From assembly GCA_951406725.2 (NCBI GenBank), contig OX597832.1, positions 24,862,001-24,926,000 on the forward strand: a DNA stretch of 64,000 bases, read 5' to 3'. Under the pieces are notes generated by a model that worked only from the letters and a program-made list of their open reading frames with translations, had not been told where the DNA came from and made no database searches. Source of the DNA: Octopus vulgaris (lineage: Eukaryota). Within the stretch, counting starts at the first letter, position 1; every line of letters begins with the position of its first letter. Below are positions 14,489 to 30,573 of the stretch, one piece after another. Position numbers and translations under genes: made by a program.

Positions 14489-14600
14489 CGCATACGTACG
14501 CATGCATACATATAAACACACACATACATACATATATATGTATATATACATATATACATATATATGCATATATACATATATAAATATATATATATATATG

Positions 14601-14676
<76 letters not shown>

Positions 14677-17121
14677 ACATATATTTATATATATATATAT
14701 ATATTTATTTATCGTGCAACAAGATATTAAGTAAACTATTTAGCAAAACAATAGTTGTTTGTCTTGTTCCGCTATCAAATTTATTGACCCTTGGCATTTT
14801 TTTCGATGTTTATTCCTTTCATATTTTCAAATTATCTTCCACCATCGCTTTATAGATGTATATATATATTTTTTATTTGTTTATAGGTTTCATAATCCAA
14901 TAAGTACCTCCATTTTGTTTTATATATATTTTCCGTCATCTGTGATGAAGTTTTTGCTTTCGTACTCATTAATATTAAATCTATTATCGTCTTTAATTTT
15001 TTGATCGCTGTCGTAGTTGAATACATAATTCGATATTATATACGTTTGTTTTATGTATGATTTGATTTCGAATTCCATCTGGGTTAATTATAGATTTGCA
15101 ATGGCCGGGGGGTTTTAAACGTTCGATGGAATGTTATCCCCGTGTTTCTTCATTAGTTACGCATTCAAATATTTATTTTAAATACAAATTCCTTCCACCA
15201 GCAACACCACCACACAAACAGACAGACAAATGGATTGATAAATAGATAAATGGGTGAATTGAAGAATAAGTCGATTGATAGACAGGCAGATAGATAGATC
15301 GATAGATAGATAGACAGATACATAATACATACATAAAGGTCATGCGCTGTTTATCTTGATACGAGATCACTATGCCGCGTACATATGGGTGTGATGCATG
15401 TGCCTGCTGCACCCTTATCAGACAGGTAGTTATGATGGGTATAATGGGCTTCGTATATTTTACCCCATTGTCACTTTTATGGCATGCACTGTTCTCTCAT
15501 ACATACACACACATAATGCATGCATACACCATACATACATATATACATCCATGCATGCACGCTTACTTAATAATAAATACATACAAGCATGCAGACATAC
15601 ATGCATGCAGACATACGTGCATACATACGAGGAATTATTTAATCTGTGAATTGCATTCTTCCAAGGGTGATTCTATAACTTGATAATGAACTTCTAGCTG
15701 GGGCCCTGTCAAGTGTTACTTATCCGGGACACAATAGATCTGTAAAAACTAGTGGGTAAGAAGTGATTCCGACCTCGTCAAAACCAATGAACCCTCGAAC
15801 ATATTCTCTTCTTCTCTGATGCAGCAGCGTTTGACACTTCTTGTGAAAAAAATACCTTGTCTTAATGTATTAGTTACAGGAGGAGATATGAATGTTCATC
15901 TCGCAAAGGACGAATGCAAATACAGCTTCCATGAATCAACAAATAGAAATGGAAAATATCTGCATGAATCTGAAATTGGTCTTCTCTGTTTTATCACAAA
16001 ATATCAAAAGTGAGTTGGCAAGCAGTGGACATTTACATACCCAAATGGCACAAAAGCACAATCAAACTACATATCCATTAACAAAATAATGGGCAAACAG
16101 TGCCACGAACAACATGATATTTGAATCGTTTGATAACTGAACCACATGATACTATCAGCTAAAATTCATCTCAGTTTCGCATCAAACAAAACGCCTGAGA
16201 TCAAATGTCTATGCTACAACTGGTCATCTCTAGCAAGTCCTGATATTTGTGGTCAATTTGCAATTACATTAAGAAACAGATGAGAAGCCTTGCAAAATAT
16301 TTTTGGAACCACCAATCCCAAAGATGACTTAGAATTTTGTCACTGTACATAAGCAAGCAGCAGATAAATGAATACCTCTCAAACAAACTGTTATGCATCG
16401 AGTTCCCTGGGAAAATTTAACTGTTATGGAAAAGAGAGAAACAATTAGAAAGATTTCATAACAAAAAAAAGAACAAACTCTACAAAATTAAACCTAAAAC
16501 GGTTCACAAAAGAACAAAATGAATTAACCACAGAATATTAAAAAAATGCAAAAGCTTTGTATACAAAAAACAAATCAACAACATCGAAGTTTCTGTTGAC
16601 AATAAACAATCATCTATGGAATGGAAAAATTCTAAACTAAATGGAAGAAATAACTCCTCAAAATCCAAACTGAAAGCAGCGATTGAAGTTGAAGAGCTGA
16701 AACTATGGAGAAATCATCTATTTGGTAAAGTAACTGAAATTGCCAACTTTAAAATTGGAAAGATCATTCGTCATCAACTCAACATATAAGTTGGAGAGCT
16801 TTCTATGCAAAAGCTGAAAGCAGTTATAAAATCATTGAAGAACAGAAAGAAGCTGGTTTGGACGAAATCCCAACTGAATTTGAAAGCGGAGAAATTTAAT
16901 GACAGACTTCTTCGACTCTGTATTGCTATGCACATTCAAAAGTGTATAGAGAATTGAAATAAAGGATTGGTCCTCCCGTTTCCAAAGAAAGAAGATCTCA
17001 GTGTCACCAAAAATTTCAAGAGGAGTACTCTCACTGCCGTATCTGCCAAAGTTTACAATGCTATGCTACTGAATCGTATCTGTCTGGAGATCAAAATATT
17101 CATGAGGATAAACCAGAATGG

Positions 17122-18180
<1,059 letters not shown>

Positions 18181-18631
18181 CTTATTCTCTTAATATTTCA
18201 GTTTGAATTTGTAATCATAAAGTGTAATGTTTCTCTTCATTAATTTTAATATATAAGATTAAAACAACGTACAAACACACACGAACACGCACACTCATAT
18301 CTACATATCCACACATGCATACACAAAATCGCGCGCCGACCCACCCATCAATCTTAATGTGTCGACATATAATGCCCGAAGTGTATTTATCTTTATCTAC
18401 ATATATCAATAAAACTATACGATTGTATAGTCTCTTCCAGTGTGTATGCCTATGTATATGTATGTGTGCATCTACACACACGCACGCACAAACATACACA
18501 TGCACTCATCAACATATTTGTATGTGTGCATGTGTGTATGGGTCCATCAACACGTGTATGCGTGTGTAAGTGTATGCGCCTTTGTTTCCAGTGTTATTTT
18601 CAAATGTTTGTAACTTTCTATAGTTTTACTT

Positions 18632-18662
<31 letters not shown>

Positions 18663-18677
18663 TTATCTATCTATCTG

Positions 18678-18744
<67 letters not shown>

Positions 18745-18748
18745 GTCT

Positions 18749-18825
<77 letters not shown>

Positions 18826-19006
18826 TGTATATACATATATATGTATATATATATATACATACATATATGTACATATATATATGTATGTGTATATATATAT
18901 ATACATACATACATTCATACTTACATACATACACATGCACACATTTACTCACACACACATACGTATATATATATATATATGTGCATATATATATATATAT
19001 ATATCT

Positions 19007-19063
<57 letters not shown>

Positions 19064-19519
19064 ATATATGTATATGTATGTATGTATGTATATATATACA
19101 ATATATTAACATGAGTGTGCCTGTGTGAGTGTATTTATAACGCTATTTTGCAATCTGTTTGTGTGTTCGGATATTTTTATTGCTATTCTCGCCTACCATT
19201 TATTGTCTTTTGTTCCGCAAGGAATAGAAGAATAAAAACGTAATCTGTTGTCAAAACGTATGATAAGATCATAATTTTCTATTGTATTTTCATTTCGTTT
19301 TGTGTGTTTTGTATTTTTATATGATTTATATATTTATTTAATTTTTTAATGATTCTTAAACAGAAATAAACCGAGGCACTGATTATTGTGTATCTATAAT
19401 TGTTATTTTGATTCTAATCTAGAAATATTTAATTTAATTTAATTAAAACGTATGCTTTGCAATATCTTGTATTTTCGCTAAACCGTCCTGAAAAAAGATT
19501 AGGAATTTTGTATAATGGG

Positions 19520-19665
19520 GATGGATGTGGTGGTGCCGTAAGAAGTTTGATTCTCAACCACATGGGCCCGGGTTCAGTCCCACTGCGTGGCAACTTGACC
19601 TGCTGTCTTCTACAACCTCAGATTTGCGACTGGATCTGGTAGATAGAAACGTAAAGAAGCATGTC

Positions 19666-19670
<5 letters not shown>
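19520..19670 (+). mobile_element. SINE family A, degenerate 5' half
   Basis: caaccacatgggcccgggttcagtcccactgcgtggca...gtagatagaaac..aaagaagc. Confidence 0.75.
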
Positions 19671-19722
<52 letters not shown>

Positions 19723-19837
19723 TACACACAATTATCATTAATAATAAAGTGTGAAATTAATTAATTTAGAAATAATCATTAATTTCACCAAGTAGAGTTC
19801 TGTATGTAAAAGACCCATTGAAGGAAGGTTTAAGTAA

Positions 19838-20082
19838 TACTAAGTAATTAAGGGCTCAGCAACGATTTGCCTCACTACACACTGAATTTAGAAATAGCAG
19901 TCAAGATTTTTGGCCATTCTTTCTACTTAAAAGGGAGATCCCAGTAAAACCAAAGCACTTAAAAAACAAACGACGCAGGTAAAAGAGAAAGAAATGACGA
20001 AAATCTTTCTATATTAAGTTACCTACTGACCTAAATTCGGTGTGTGATGAGGCAAATCGTTGCTGAACCCTTAATTACTTAG

Positions 20083-20084
<2 letters not shown>
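19838..20084. repeat. 54-bp inverted repeat pair (19838-19891 and 20031-20084)
   Basis: tactaagtaattaagggctcagcaacgatttgcctcactacacactgaatttag versus its reverse complement, about 4 mismatches. Confidence 0.9.
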
Positions 20085-20113
<29 letters not shown>

Positions 20114-20300
20114 ATATATATATATATATATGTACACACACAGTATTCCGAATAAGCACGCTTGTACCGAAATGCAATTCGAAAAAGCCCGCCATTTACA
20201 TAGATGTGTAAGGGATAAACATACCTACATGCTGCGCTGGATACGATAGCTGTTCGCCTGGTATGTTGTTTTTGTTTATTCATTATATATCTTGAATTAT

Positions 20301-20358
20301 GCACACACTGAAGAGTAAAGAGCGCATATAATTGCGCTGATTACGAAATCACAGTGTG
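20301..20358 (+). ncRNA. Hammerhead-like motif (core boxes intact, stem III unclear)
   Basis: CTGAAGA-GTAA.AGCGCA/TGCGCT.TTAC-GAAA, flanked by cacac and gtgtg. Confidence 0.5.
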
Positions 20359-21084
20359 ATATGTGGCTAAATCCTGTCTTTAAGTGGCTTGCTTCAAGAA
20401 TCGTTTCGGTACGACGTGTTTATTTATTTTAGTAGTTTTGACTTTAAGAGTCCCTCCTAGCGTGAGTCATCTATGTATAATAGTGCCCTCTATATAATAT
20501 ATATATATATATATCTTATATAAATACATACATATCAGTACTCTTTATGATCTCTAAAAGTATCACTAGCGCCAAACATTTTAAGAACTAACTCAATACC
20601 TGGCCATATCTAAAATATCTGGTGTTATTCTGTTAAATTATTTGGTAGTTTAAATATCATGCTGTCTGAACAGATATACTCAAAGAAAAGCGATTATTAT
20701 CATAAATGACTAAGTTCATTTTGCTGCTTTATGTCAACGCTGTTGAGAGCATTTCGCAGTTTTCTGATTTTGGTTATTTTCCTTTTATTTCCAGTAATAA
20801 TAAAACTTTTGAAATCCAGACTTGGTGTTTTGCCTATAGTCTCCTTGTGTGGCGAAATTACGTGTAATAGAATGATTTTGATTCCTGGAATGACGGAGAC
20901 AAACATAAGGCTTCGTTATAGAAATCTGGTGGAGTTAAAGATTCCAGAGGCAATAGAAATTCCATTATGAGACATGATACATTAGGATTGGGAACTAATA
21001 AGTTAGAAAGGAGATTAATAAACATATTTTCATACGTGAGAACATATTTAGTGGTCAGTACACGTACGTACACACACATACATA

Positions 21085-21135
<51 letters not shown>

Positions 21136-21219
21136 ATAAAAATGGTAAGACCACAAAAGAATGAAAGAGACCTCGATATTATGTAAATAGAGGAATTTGT
21201 CTGTAAATGTAATTGTCAC

Positions 21220-21269
<50 letters not shown>

Positions 21270-21392
21270 ACATATACATACAAACAAGCACACATACACA
21301 TGTATTTGTATAATATTTAGATTAAAATACGAAAAGTTATTGAGTCTGCATCCGCTATCGAGTTATATATTTATACATGCATACGTACATAC

Positions 21393-21463
<71 letters not shown>

Positions 21464-21492
21464 TATATACATATATACATATATATATACAG

Positions 21493-21556
<64 letters not shown>

Positions 21557-22800
21557 AGGGATGTGTGCGTGTTTCTATAACACAGTTACAGGCAAAATGA
21601 ACAATTGCCTCTATCTAAGAACGATGTTAGCATTCAGCGCAGTCGTGGTCGATTTCGGTATGAGATCATTACATAGTTGTAAGCAATTAAACTTGTCTGA
21701 AAATTACTAACGACAGCAACTTTGAAGAATGCTAAAATGGCCGCAGACACTACTGCGTGATTATGAAATTTACTTTGTATCTACGTGGTTTCAGGTTGAA
21801 CCCCATTGTGCTGCACTTCGGGCAAATATCTTCTCGCATTACTAAAAACGCTTTGGGGTTGAAATTTAACTGAAAGATCTACCTAGAAGTTTTTCAAGGG
21901 GTCTCTGATTATTATTGTGCGATAGATTTCATCAGTCAGTCGATTTATTTCACATCATCGCATTTAATGTTTTCCATGTTCACTCTGCCGCGTATCATTC
22001 TGAATAGGTATACATTGTAAGAATTAATTATTCCTTTCCTTTTTTTCTCATGGGGCTCGGAGTCCTTCAAAATGATTATAGGGTCCACCTCCACCCTTCC
22101 ATCCACCGGATTCGATGGCGCTGGAAAATATGAGATATAGTCTCGATTACATTGACGCCATTTCCCTTCTACGGAATTTAACATTTTTATATCGATTTAT
22201 CTCCTTTACAGAATTGAACCTTGAAATATTTTTTTTTGCCACTAAATACATTCTCAGTTAACTAAAATTTTGATGGTTCCTTTCACTTTGGTATGCTTAT
22301 GCCCACTCAAATATTTGTTTTATTTTATTTGACATCGAATGTAACCTTAAGTAATTTCTCAACCTTTTCACCTCGCCGGTTTTTTGTCAGGTTGCCATGT
22401 CTCTAAGTATTTCTGATATATTATTAAGATTTCTTATATATTTATTATGATTTAACTTATATCATTACAAAGTGATATAAGGTTGCGAAACAAAGGACTG
22501 CTCGACGGACAGAGTACTTAGCAACATTTTTTCAGCTCATAATGCTCTGCGTTCAAAATTTCACCAGGGCAAACTTTGCTTTTCACTTCCGGGTCGATTA
22601 TATAGGTACTAGGTGAGTAATCTATAAATCTTTCACTCTTCTACTTTCACTCTCTCCATCTCTCTTTCCTTATCTATCTATCTCTCCACACCAAATGTTT
22701 GGAATATTATCTATGATTCTATGATTCTAATCATTATTATATAATTAACTTTTGCTAACACCTATAATTACTATTCCATAGAAAATGAAACAATGTATGA

Positions 22801-22890
<90 letters not shown>

Positions 22891-22931
22891 GCACACACAG
22901 ACATGAGTTATATACATATACATATACATAT

Positions 22932-22975
<44 letters not shown>

Positions 22976-23832
22976 CATTGGAGGTCTATACGTGCAAATT
23001 TACGTATTTACGTAGGTAGATATTTCTAATGAAAGTTGATAATCATATAATGTTTAACGCTTTGAAAATATTTGTACTAATTTAGCACGTTTGATCGGGT
23101 AAATTTAGTGTATAAACACTCGTTGCGTAAGCAATTTTTGTATTCTTGCTGTTCTGTTAATAAAACTTACCTAAATAATACACTCATACAGAGGCACCTC
23201 CACAGATAAATATGTATGTATGTACGTATGTTTGTATGTATGTATGTATGTATGTATGTATGTATGTACGTATGTATGTATGTATGTATGTATGTTTGTA
23301 TGTACGTATGTATGAGTGTGTGTGTATGTATGTATGTATGTATGTATGTATGTATGTATGTATGTATGTATGTATGTATGAGTGTGTGTGTGTATGTATG
23401 TATGTATCTACCTATCTATTTATCTATCTGTGTATCTATCTATCTGTCCGTCTATCTTGGTACCTATATGGATATTACGTAAGTGCATATACATACACAC
23501 ATGCATACGTCGGAACAATCATCCATACACGACACCCATACACTTGGGTTTCAAGGCATCAACACATACACACACACACACACACATGTTTAAATTTATT
23601 TAACAACTTTAGTTCGGGAAGTGTGATTCTGCTGCCGTGCTGGGGCGCGGCCGTTAACTTTGCTTTTTTTTTTTATTTTATTCCCCCCTTTTTTGTCCTC
23701 TTTCTTTCCCTTTACGATCCCTTTTGATCGAAAACCAAACCCCCTTTTTTTTACCTCCAAAGAAAAGCTCTACCTTGTAATTTGTCCTGTCTGTGTGCAG
23801 CCCTGTGTGGCTAATAAAGAAACATATCACTT

Positions 23833-24010
23833 TACTTAGCGGCATTTCTTCTGTCTTTTACGTTCTGAGTTCAAATTCCGCCGAGGTCGTCTTTGCTTTT
23901 CATCATTTCGAGATCGATTAAAACGAGTACCAGCTGTGTACTGAGGTCAATGTAATCGACTAACCTACTTCCCTAAAATTTCAGGCTTTGTACCTATAGG
24001 AAAAAAAGGA
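23833..24010 (+). mobile_element. SINE family B, 5'-truncated
   Basis: acgttctgagttcaaattccgccgaggtcg...gagtaccag. Confidence 0.85.
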
Positions 24011-24354
24011 TATTGAATCTGTGTCTCGAATGCAAATAAACGTAACTTGTATTCATAGCATATCGTATTACGAAACAAAATGGTAAAAAGTAAAAAGATA
24101 CAAGACCCTACCGGAGATAAATATAAATATCCATGTATAGAATTAAGTATTGCAGGAAGAGTTTCAAGAGAATTTTAGCAATGTTTACATAAGTTGTAAT
24201 TCACAGGCTATAGAATTGTCTTTAGCAGATAACCATCTTGGAAAAATATGTAAAGACAAAGGTACAAATCAACAAAGGCGTGCGTTTGCCTAACTGATCA
24301 ATATGACAATGTTGCGAAAGAATATCAATACTGCTATTGTACGTGTGTGCTTGT

Positions 24355-24413
<59 letters not shown>

Positions 24414-24498
24414 ATATATACATATATATACATGCTTATATATATGTGCTTATATATATATATTTATATATGCTTATATATATATATATATATATATG

Positions 24499-24533
<35 letters not shown>

Positions 24534-24786
24534 GCACACACAAGCATACGGACATACTCACACACAGAAGCACACATATATAGACATCTATGTATATACA
24601 CATGAGCCTACCTCAGGGCAAGAAACACTGGTGAATGCAGCAGCATAAAACTCTCTCATTCACCAAATGCCACATATCATAGGAAGTTTCGTGTTGTAAA
24701 GCTGTCGCAAAACTAACGGCGTTGCTCCAGGATTACCGCGCTCATCGAGTTGAAACTAGTTAATGTGTTAAAGAGTCATATGTTAC

Positions 24787-24943
24787 ATCACCCCAGTACT
24801 GTAACTGGTACTTAATTTATCGGCCCCGAAAGGATGAAAGGCAAAGTCGACCTCGGCGGAATTTGAACTCAGAATGTAACGGCAGACGAAATACCGCTAA
24901 GCATTTCGTCCAACGTGCTAACGTTTCTGCCAGCTTGCCGCCT
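24787..24943 (-). mobile_element. SINE family B
   Basis: Reverse complement of the family B head and Nin domain. Confidence 0.9.
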
Positions 24944-25045
24944 TTGAAATATTTCTGTTATGGTAACTTCAAAGCAGTGCATGAGTATGGCACTCATGAA
25001 TGAAACAAGGAGACATATCAGAAAAAAAAAATCATATTTTGTCAG

Positions 25046-25947
25046 TAGGAGATGGTATCAAAATGTTCCAGGACTTCTGTTTGATAAAAAATAAATTATT
25101 CACCTAGGTTTAGCATCAGCCCTTTCGAAATAGCCACCTTGCGCAGTAATTCATCAGTCACAGCGTTACTACTACTTTTAGAATCCATGCTGGAATTTGT
25201 TTCCCGTAAGCTTGACGAGGAGCTTTTACGATTCGCTTTGGACCTCTGGTGTTAAAACGGCGTTCTTTTAGCTGTATTTTCATCTTGGGGAAAAGATGGA
25301 AGTCCGTAAGTATTAAATCCGGCTAACAGAGTGGGTGCAGAAGCGATACATATTGCTTTTGGCGAGGAACTCAAGAGTGAGAAGAGCATGGTGAAGAACC
25401 CAAATCTTCGTTCCACAGACCCGGTCACTTCGCCGAATGTCCCCCTTCAAACCTTTCAAAATGTCGAAGAAGAACCCTCAATTGACAGTCTGACCCATCA
25501 GGGCCGAAATATTCTTGCACAATACCACATTTCCGGATGTGACGCTCCTGGCAGGCCTTTCGGATCGCTCATCGTTTCCCAGAAACGTTCTTCCACATTT
25601 GAAGCGCCGTGCCGCTCCACACTTTTGCGCACGACCCATTGCCCCGCCCCTGTAAGCTTGCCGAATCATGTTCAATGTCTCTGTAGCAGACTTCACAAGT
25701 TAAACGCAAAGATTTCGCTTTGGTTCTTTGTTCCTACCCATAAAAAAAAATAATCGCAGACTTCTGCATACATGGGATCACAAAAACACAAACAAATTTC
25801 ACAACTAGCGAAGTAAACACAACGATGTCCTTCGATACACTGCTTCATGAATGTCAACAGCTAGCTCTCACACGACACGCAACCATGTGCTGCCATCTGT
25901 TGGGGCGCTACAGAATTAGACTGAGAACTATTTGATGCCACCTTGTA
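25046..25947 (-). mobile_element. Internally deleted mariner element with imperfect TIRs
   Basis: ORF KSATETLNMIRQAYRGGAMGRAQ..RRFKCGRTFLGNDERSERP (mariner HTH); ends taggagatggtatcaaaatgttcc and gaactatttgatgccaccttgta. Confidence 0.85.
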
Positions 25948-26404
25948 TGTTGAAGAGTTGGCCGTCGAGCGTATTTTGAGGATGTGGCCGTTGGACAAAC
26001 TATATACACAACACACGCATATTTAACGCTGAAATTACGCCCACTTTTCCATGTACACAATTCTATAAAAAATGTATAAGGCTTTTTGTTTATCGACCGA
26101 ATGTTATAGGAGTTATCCTGACATTTATTTAGTTTCTTATTTTATGGATGTTGCTAGGATTGCGTTTTTTTAAATGCTTTCGCTTCCTTTCAAACTATAC
26201 ATACATACATACATTCATACATACATAGATACATACACATACGCATGTATGTATTTATTTATGAATTTGTGTATATACGAGTATTACGCAAAACGTATTC
26301 TTCGATGGCTATAGATTGCAGAAACCGTTTTTTGTTTTACGGTTATATCTTTTCACAAGAATAAACAATATTCTTGTTTATATCGATATACCCGGTACGC
26401 AGAT

Positions 26405-26486
<82 letters not shown>

Positions 26487-26687
26487 AACACACACACACA
26501 CACACACACACACTCATGGATGTATATATGTATGCGTGTGTGGCTGTCTGTGTGCCTACGTGTTTGTGTGGGGGTGTGTGAGTGTGTGTGTGCGCATGTG
26601 TGCGCGTGTATGTATATATATATAATACAATTGTTTGTTTGTATTCCACCTGCCTTCGTCTTTTGTTTATTTTCATAAAGCTTCCCG

Positions 26688-26720
<33 letters not shown>

Positions 26721-26916
26721 TGTGCTTGTGTGTATGAGAATTTATATATTATATGCATTTACATTTATACAAATGCACATTATATATATATATATATACA
26801 TATCTTGTGTATATATGAATACAACTGTATCTCTCTGTCTCTATCTGTCTCTATCTATTTCTCTCTACATATATGTATAGGTGAGGGTGTTTGTTTGAGT
26901 GTGAGTGTGTGTTGTT

Positions 26917-26965
<49 letters not shown>

Positions 26966-27233
26966 ATGTATATACACTTCTCCATCTTTTTTCAAAACAA
27001 CATCCAGATCCACTTGCCGCTCCTATTTCCATCTTGAGTGTGAAGCATATTCTTCCAAGAGGTATAGGCGAGATCTCTCTACTAATATGGGTTGTATATT
27101 TTTAGAAGCCATAATGAAAACAATCACAGCTATTTCGAATGCATTCATACGTAATCGTCAAGTGGTTGAGAAACAGATTGTTACTAAACTCATTCAAACT
27201 TAAGTGTAAAAAACATCAACTATTGGTTTGTTC

Positions 27234-27400
27234 AGGCGCAGACGTGGATGTGTGGTAAGTGGTTTGCTTAAAAACCACATGGTTCCGGGTTCAGTCCCAC
27301 TGCGTGGCACATTGGGCAAATGCCTTCTACTATAGCCTCGGGTCGACCAATGCTTTGTGAGTGGATTCGGTAGACGGAAACTGAAAGAAGCCCGTCGTAT
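27234..27400 (+). mobile_element. SINE family A, 5' half ending at the internal (TA)n
   Basis: Matches the 11903 head. Confidence 0.9.
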
Positions 27401-27419
27401 ATATATATATATAGGTATG

Positions 27420-27476
<57 letters not shown>

Positions 27477-27548
27477 AGGGAGGGAGAGAGAGAAATGGAG
27501 AGATAGATAAATAGATAGATGGACAGACAGACAGACGGACAGATAGAC

Positions 27549-27622
<74 letters not shown>

Positions 27623-27656
27623 TCTGAAAGATAAAGGGAACGTATATAAGAAAATA

Positions 27657-27687
<31 letters not shown>

Positions 27688-27769
27688 GTATATGCATATT
27701 TCAAAACTTAACCACATGTAAATCGTTGGCGACTTTTTCCTCCGTCTTCCTTTTCTATTGGACTTACCT

Positions 27770-27804
27770 GTTTCTGAAGAGGAGCGCTGATCGAAACATT
27801 AAAC
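27770..27804 (+). ncRNA. Minimal type-I hammerhead-like motif in a Penelope-like repeat (about 27715-27880)
   Basis: GTTT-CTGAAGA-G-GAGC.GCT.GATC-GAAAC-ATT-AAAC; stem I GTTT/AAAC; substitutions in stems II and III. Confidence 0.55.
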
Positions 27805-28186
27805 CATATTTTTTCCTTCCCTGAGTGTCTGCTAATACACGTTCTCGCGTTGTTTTTTATTTGTTTGTTATTCTTTTTGGGATTCACTCCTCCTCCTCGA
27901 CTCTCTCGTCGCTGATACGTGACGCAAGAGAATCTATCTTTCTTCTCCCTACCTTCCTAAAAACAAAACGTGCTTATACTGTCCCCTTTCATAAGCACAT
28001 CTTCCTATCGTGTTGGCTTAACAGCCCTCACCGTTTTTACTGTTTTGTTCTCACTACCCTGTTCTTGTTACCACCTTCACTCTCAGCAAAAATTCACAAA
28101 TTTTATTTAATTTGCTTTGTGGGAAGGACTGTTTCAACGAAGTCGCGTCTTGTCCTTGCCCGTCTGTCCGACCGTCCGTCTTTCTG

Positions 28187-28390
<204 letters not shown>

Positions 28391-28626
28391 GCTATCTATT
28401 TATCTCTCCATCCATGCATCCATCCATCCAACCAACCAACTATAAAACACGGGCGGACAATCGAAAGGATGTATCATTGAACACATTCGATGTGTGTTAC
28501 ATATATTTCTCAATTGTTTTACTCAGCTCCATATGACTTCATAATATTCCGGTACGTATGGCATGTTTATCTCATCATGAAGAATTATCAATCACACGCC
28601 CCCTCATTTATATATATATATATATA

Positions 28627-29145
28627 TATAGTCTGATCTACTCATAACGGAACTGATGCTATAAAAAGAAAGCGACTCAGATATATTCGGCATTTCTTCT
28701 TCATTCTGAAGCCACTTATTTTGTACAGCATCATTTTCATTCACGGAACCCTTCTTGAGACCCCTTTTTGAGATAGTGAGCAGCTGCATCGTCGCATTCT
28801 CTTGCACTTCCTCTACGCCCACAAATCTTGTTTTGTTCAAGTGAGATTTGCTTTTTGCCTAGCCGTGGACCCACGTTTCGTCCCCTTTTATAACACTTTT
28901 CAAACGTTAGGAAAGAGATGTTGCACCACTGTAACCCAATAATTTCTTTTCCTGCATTCTTTTTTCGGTTAGCCACATGATACACACTTTACTTCCAAGC
29001 ACAGCTATAATCAGCAAAAATGACCGAGAACGTTTAAACTCAGTGTGCGTGCGCAACAACTTCAAGATCAATCCGTGCCAAGCTGTTTCACTTTAGCTCC
29101 GTTACCATACCAACATTTCTGATACCTTTTGATGAGACCTCATGT
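28627..29145 (-). mobile_element. Internally deleted mariner relic
   Basis: Minus strand ggggacgaaacgtgggtccac encodes GDETWVH (first catalytic Asp motif); TIR-like end gataccttttgatgagacctc. Confidence 0.75.
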
Positions 29146-29161
29146 ATATACACACATATAT

Positions 29162-29220
<59 letters not shown>

Positions 29221-29346
29221 CACGCATATATATATATATATATATATGCATATGTATATATATATACATATATATATATATGTATATGTATATATATAAA
29301 TATATATATATGTATGTATATATTTATATATATATTTATATCTACG

Positions 29347-29378
<32 letters not shown>

Positions 29379-30088
29379 CACATATATATACATATATATA
29401 CATACATATATATATATATGCATATATTTATATATATATATATTTATATCTATCTCTATATATATTTATATTTATATATAAATATAGCCAGTGGATCATA
29501 TATTCATATGCATATATGTATATATATCTATACACACATACACACACACACACACATATATATATCTTTATACTCACATATATATATATATATATATATA
29601 AATATAAAAATATATATATATATATATATATATATGAGGTATATATATGGAAAGCAAGGATTTTGCTGACGTTTCATAGTTTAAATCTAATATCTACAGC
29701 TCCAAGCTACGTGCTATCAATCAATTTATGGTGGTACATCATGGTGACATTAACTTTCTTACCATCCGACTCGACCACCCGTACGTAATCATTACAATCG
29801 TCATCTGAATAAATTATGGCGTTCCGAGAAAACTAAGAGATTGAAAACTTGGACGAACGTCAAAAAAAAAAAAAAAAAGAAAAAAAAGATTTCTTTGCGT
29901 TTCCACAACATAATTTGAGGCAATGAATCAATAAATTGCATCTGATACGTTACAGAATTATTGATATTTGAGCACCTCATACGTACATACAGGTATAAAG
30001 GCATACGCGCGCACGAGGGGACATTAATATATATATAGATATATAACTTTATATGTATATGTATTTATATATATGTATATATATAGGT

Positions 30089-30125
<37 letters not shown>

Positions 30126-30153
30126 CATATGTATATATATATATATAGGTATG

Positions 30154-30243
<90 letters not shown>

Positions 30244-30298
30244 AATAGAGAATTAGATAAATAGATAGATGGACAGACAGACAAAGGGATAGATAGCC

Positions 30299-30373
<75 letters not shown>

Positions 30374-30478
30374 TAGTCTGAAAGATAAAGGTTACGAATG
30401 TAAGTAAATATGTATATGTGTATGTACGTATATGTATTTATACGTATTTATGTATACACACACACACACTCACTCACA

Positions 30479-30573
<95 letters not shown>

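Noticed and set aside
19222-19257. AG/GT-bounded 36-nt segment
   Set aside because: Stops in all three frames and a weak donor
20560-21000. Short overlapping ORFs, possibly a LINE remnant (LKYL-like word)
   Set aside because: No convincing motif series; cannot be assigned without a search
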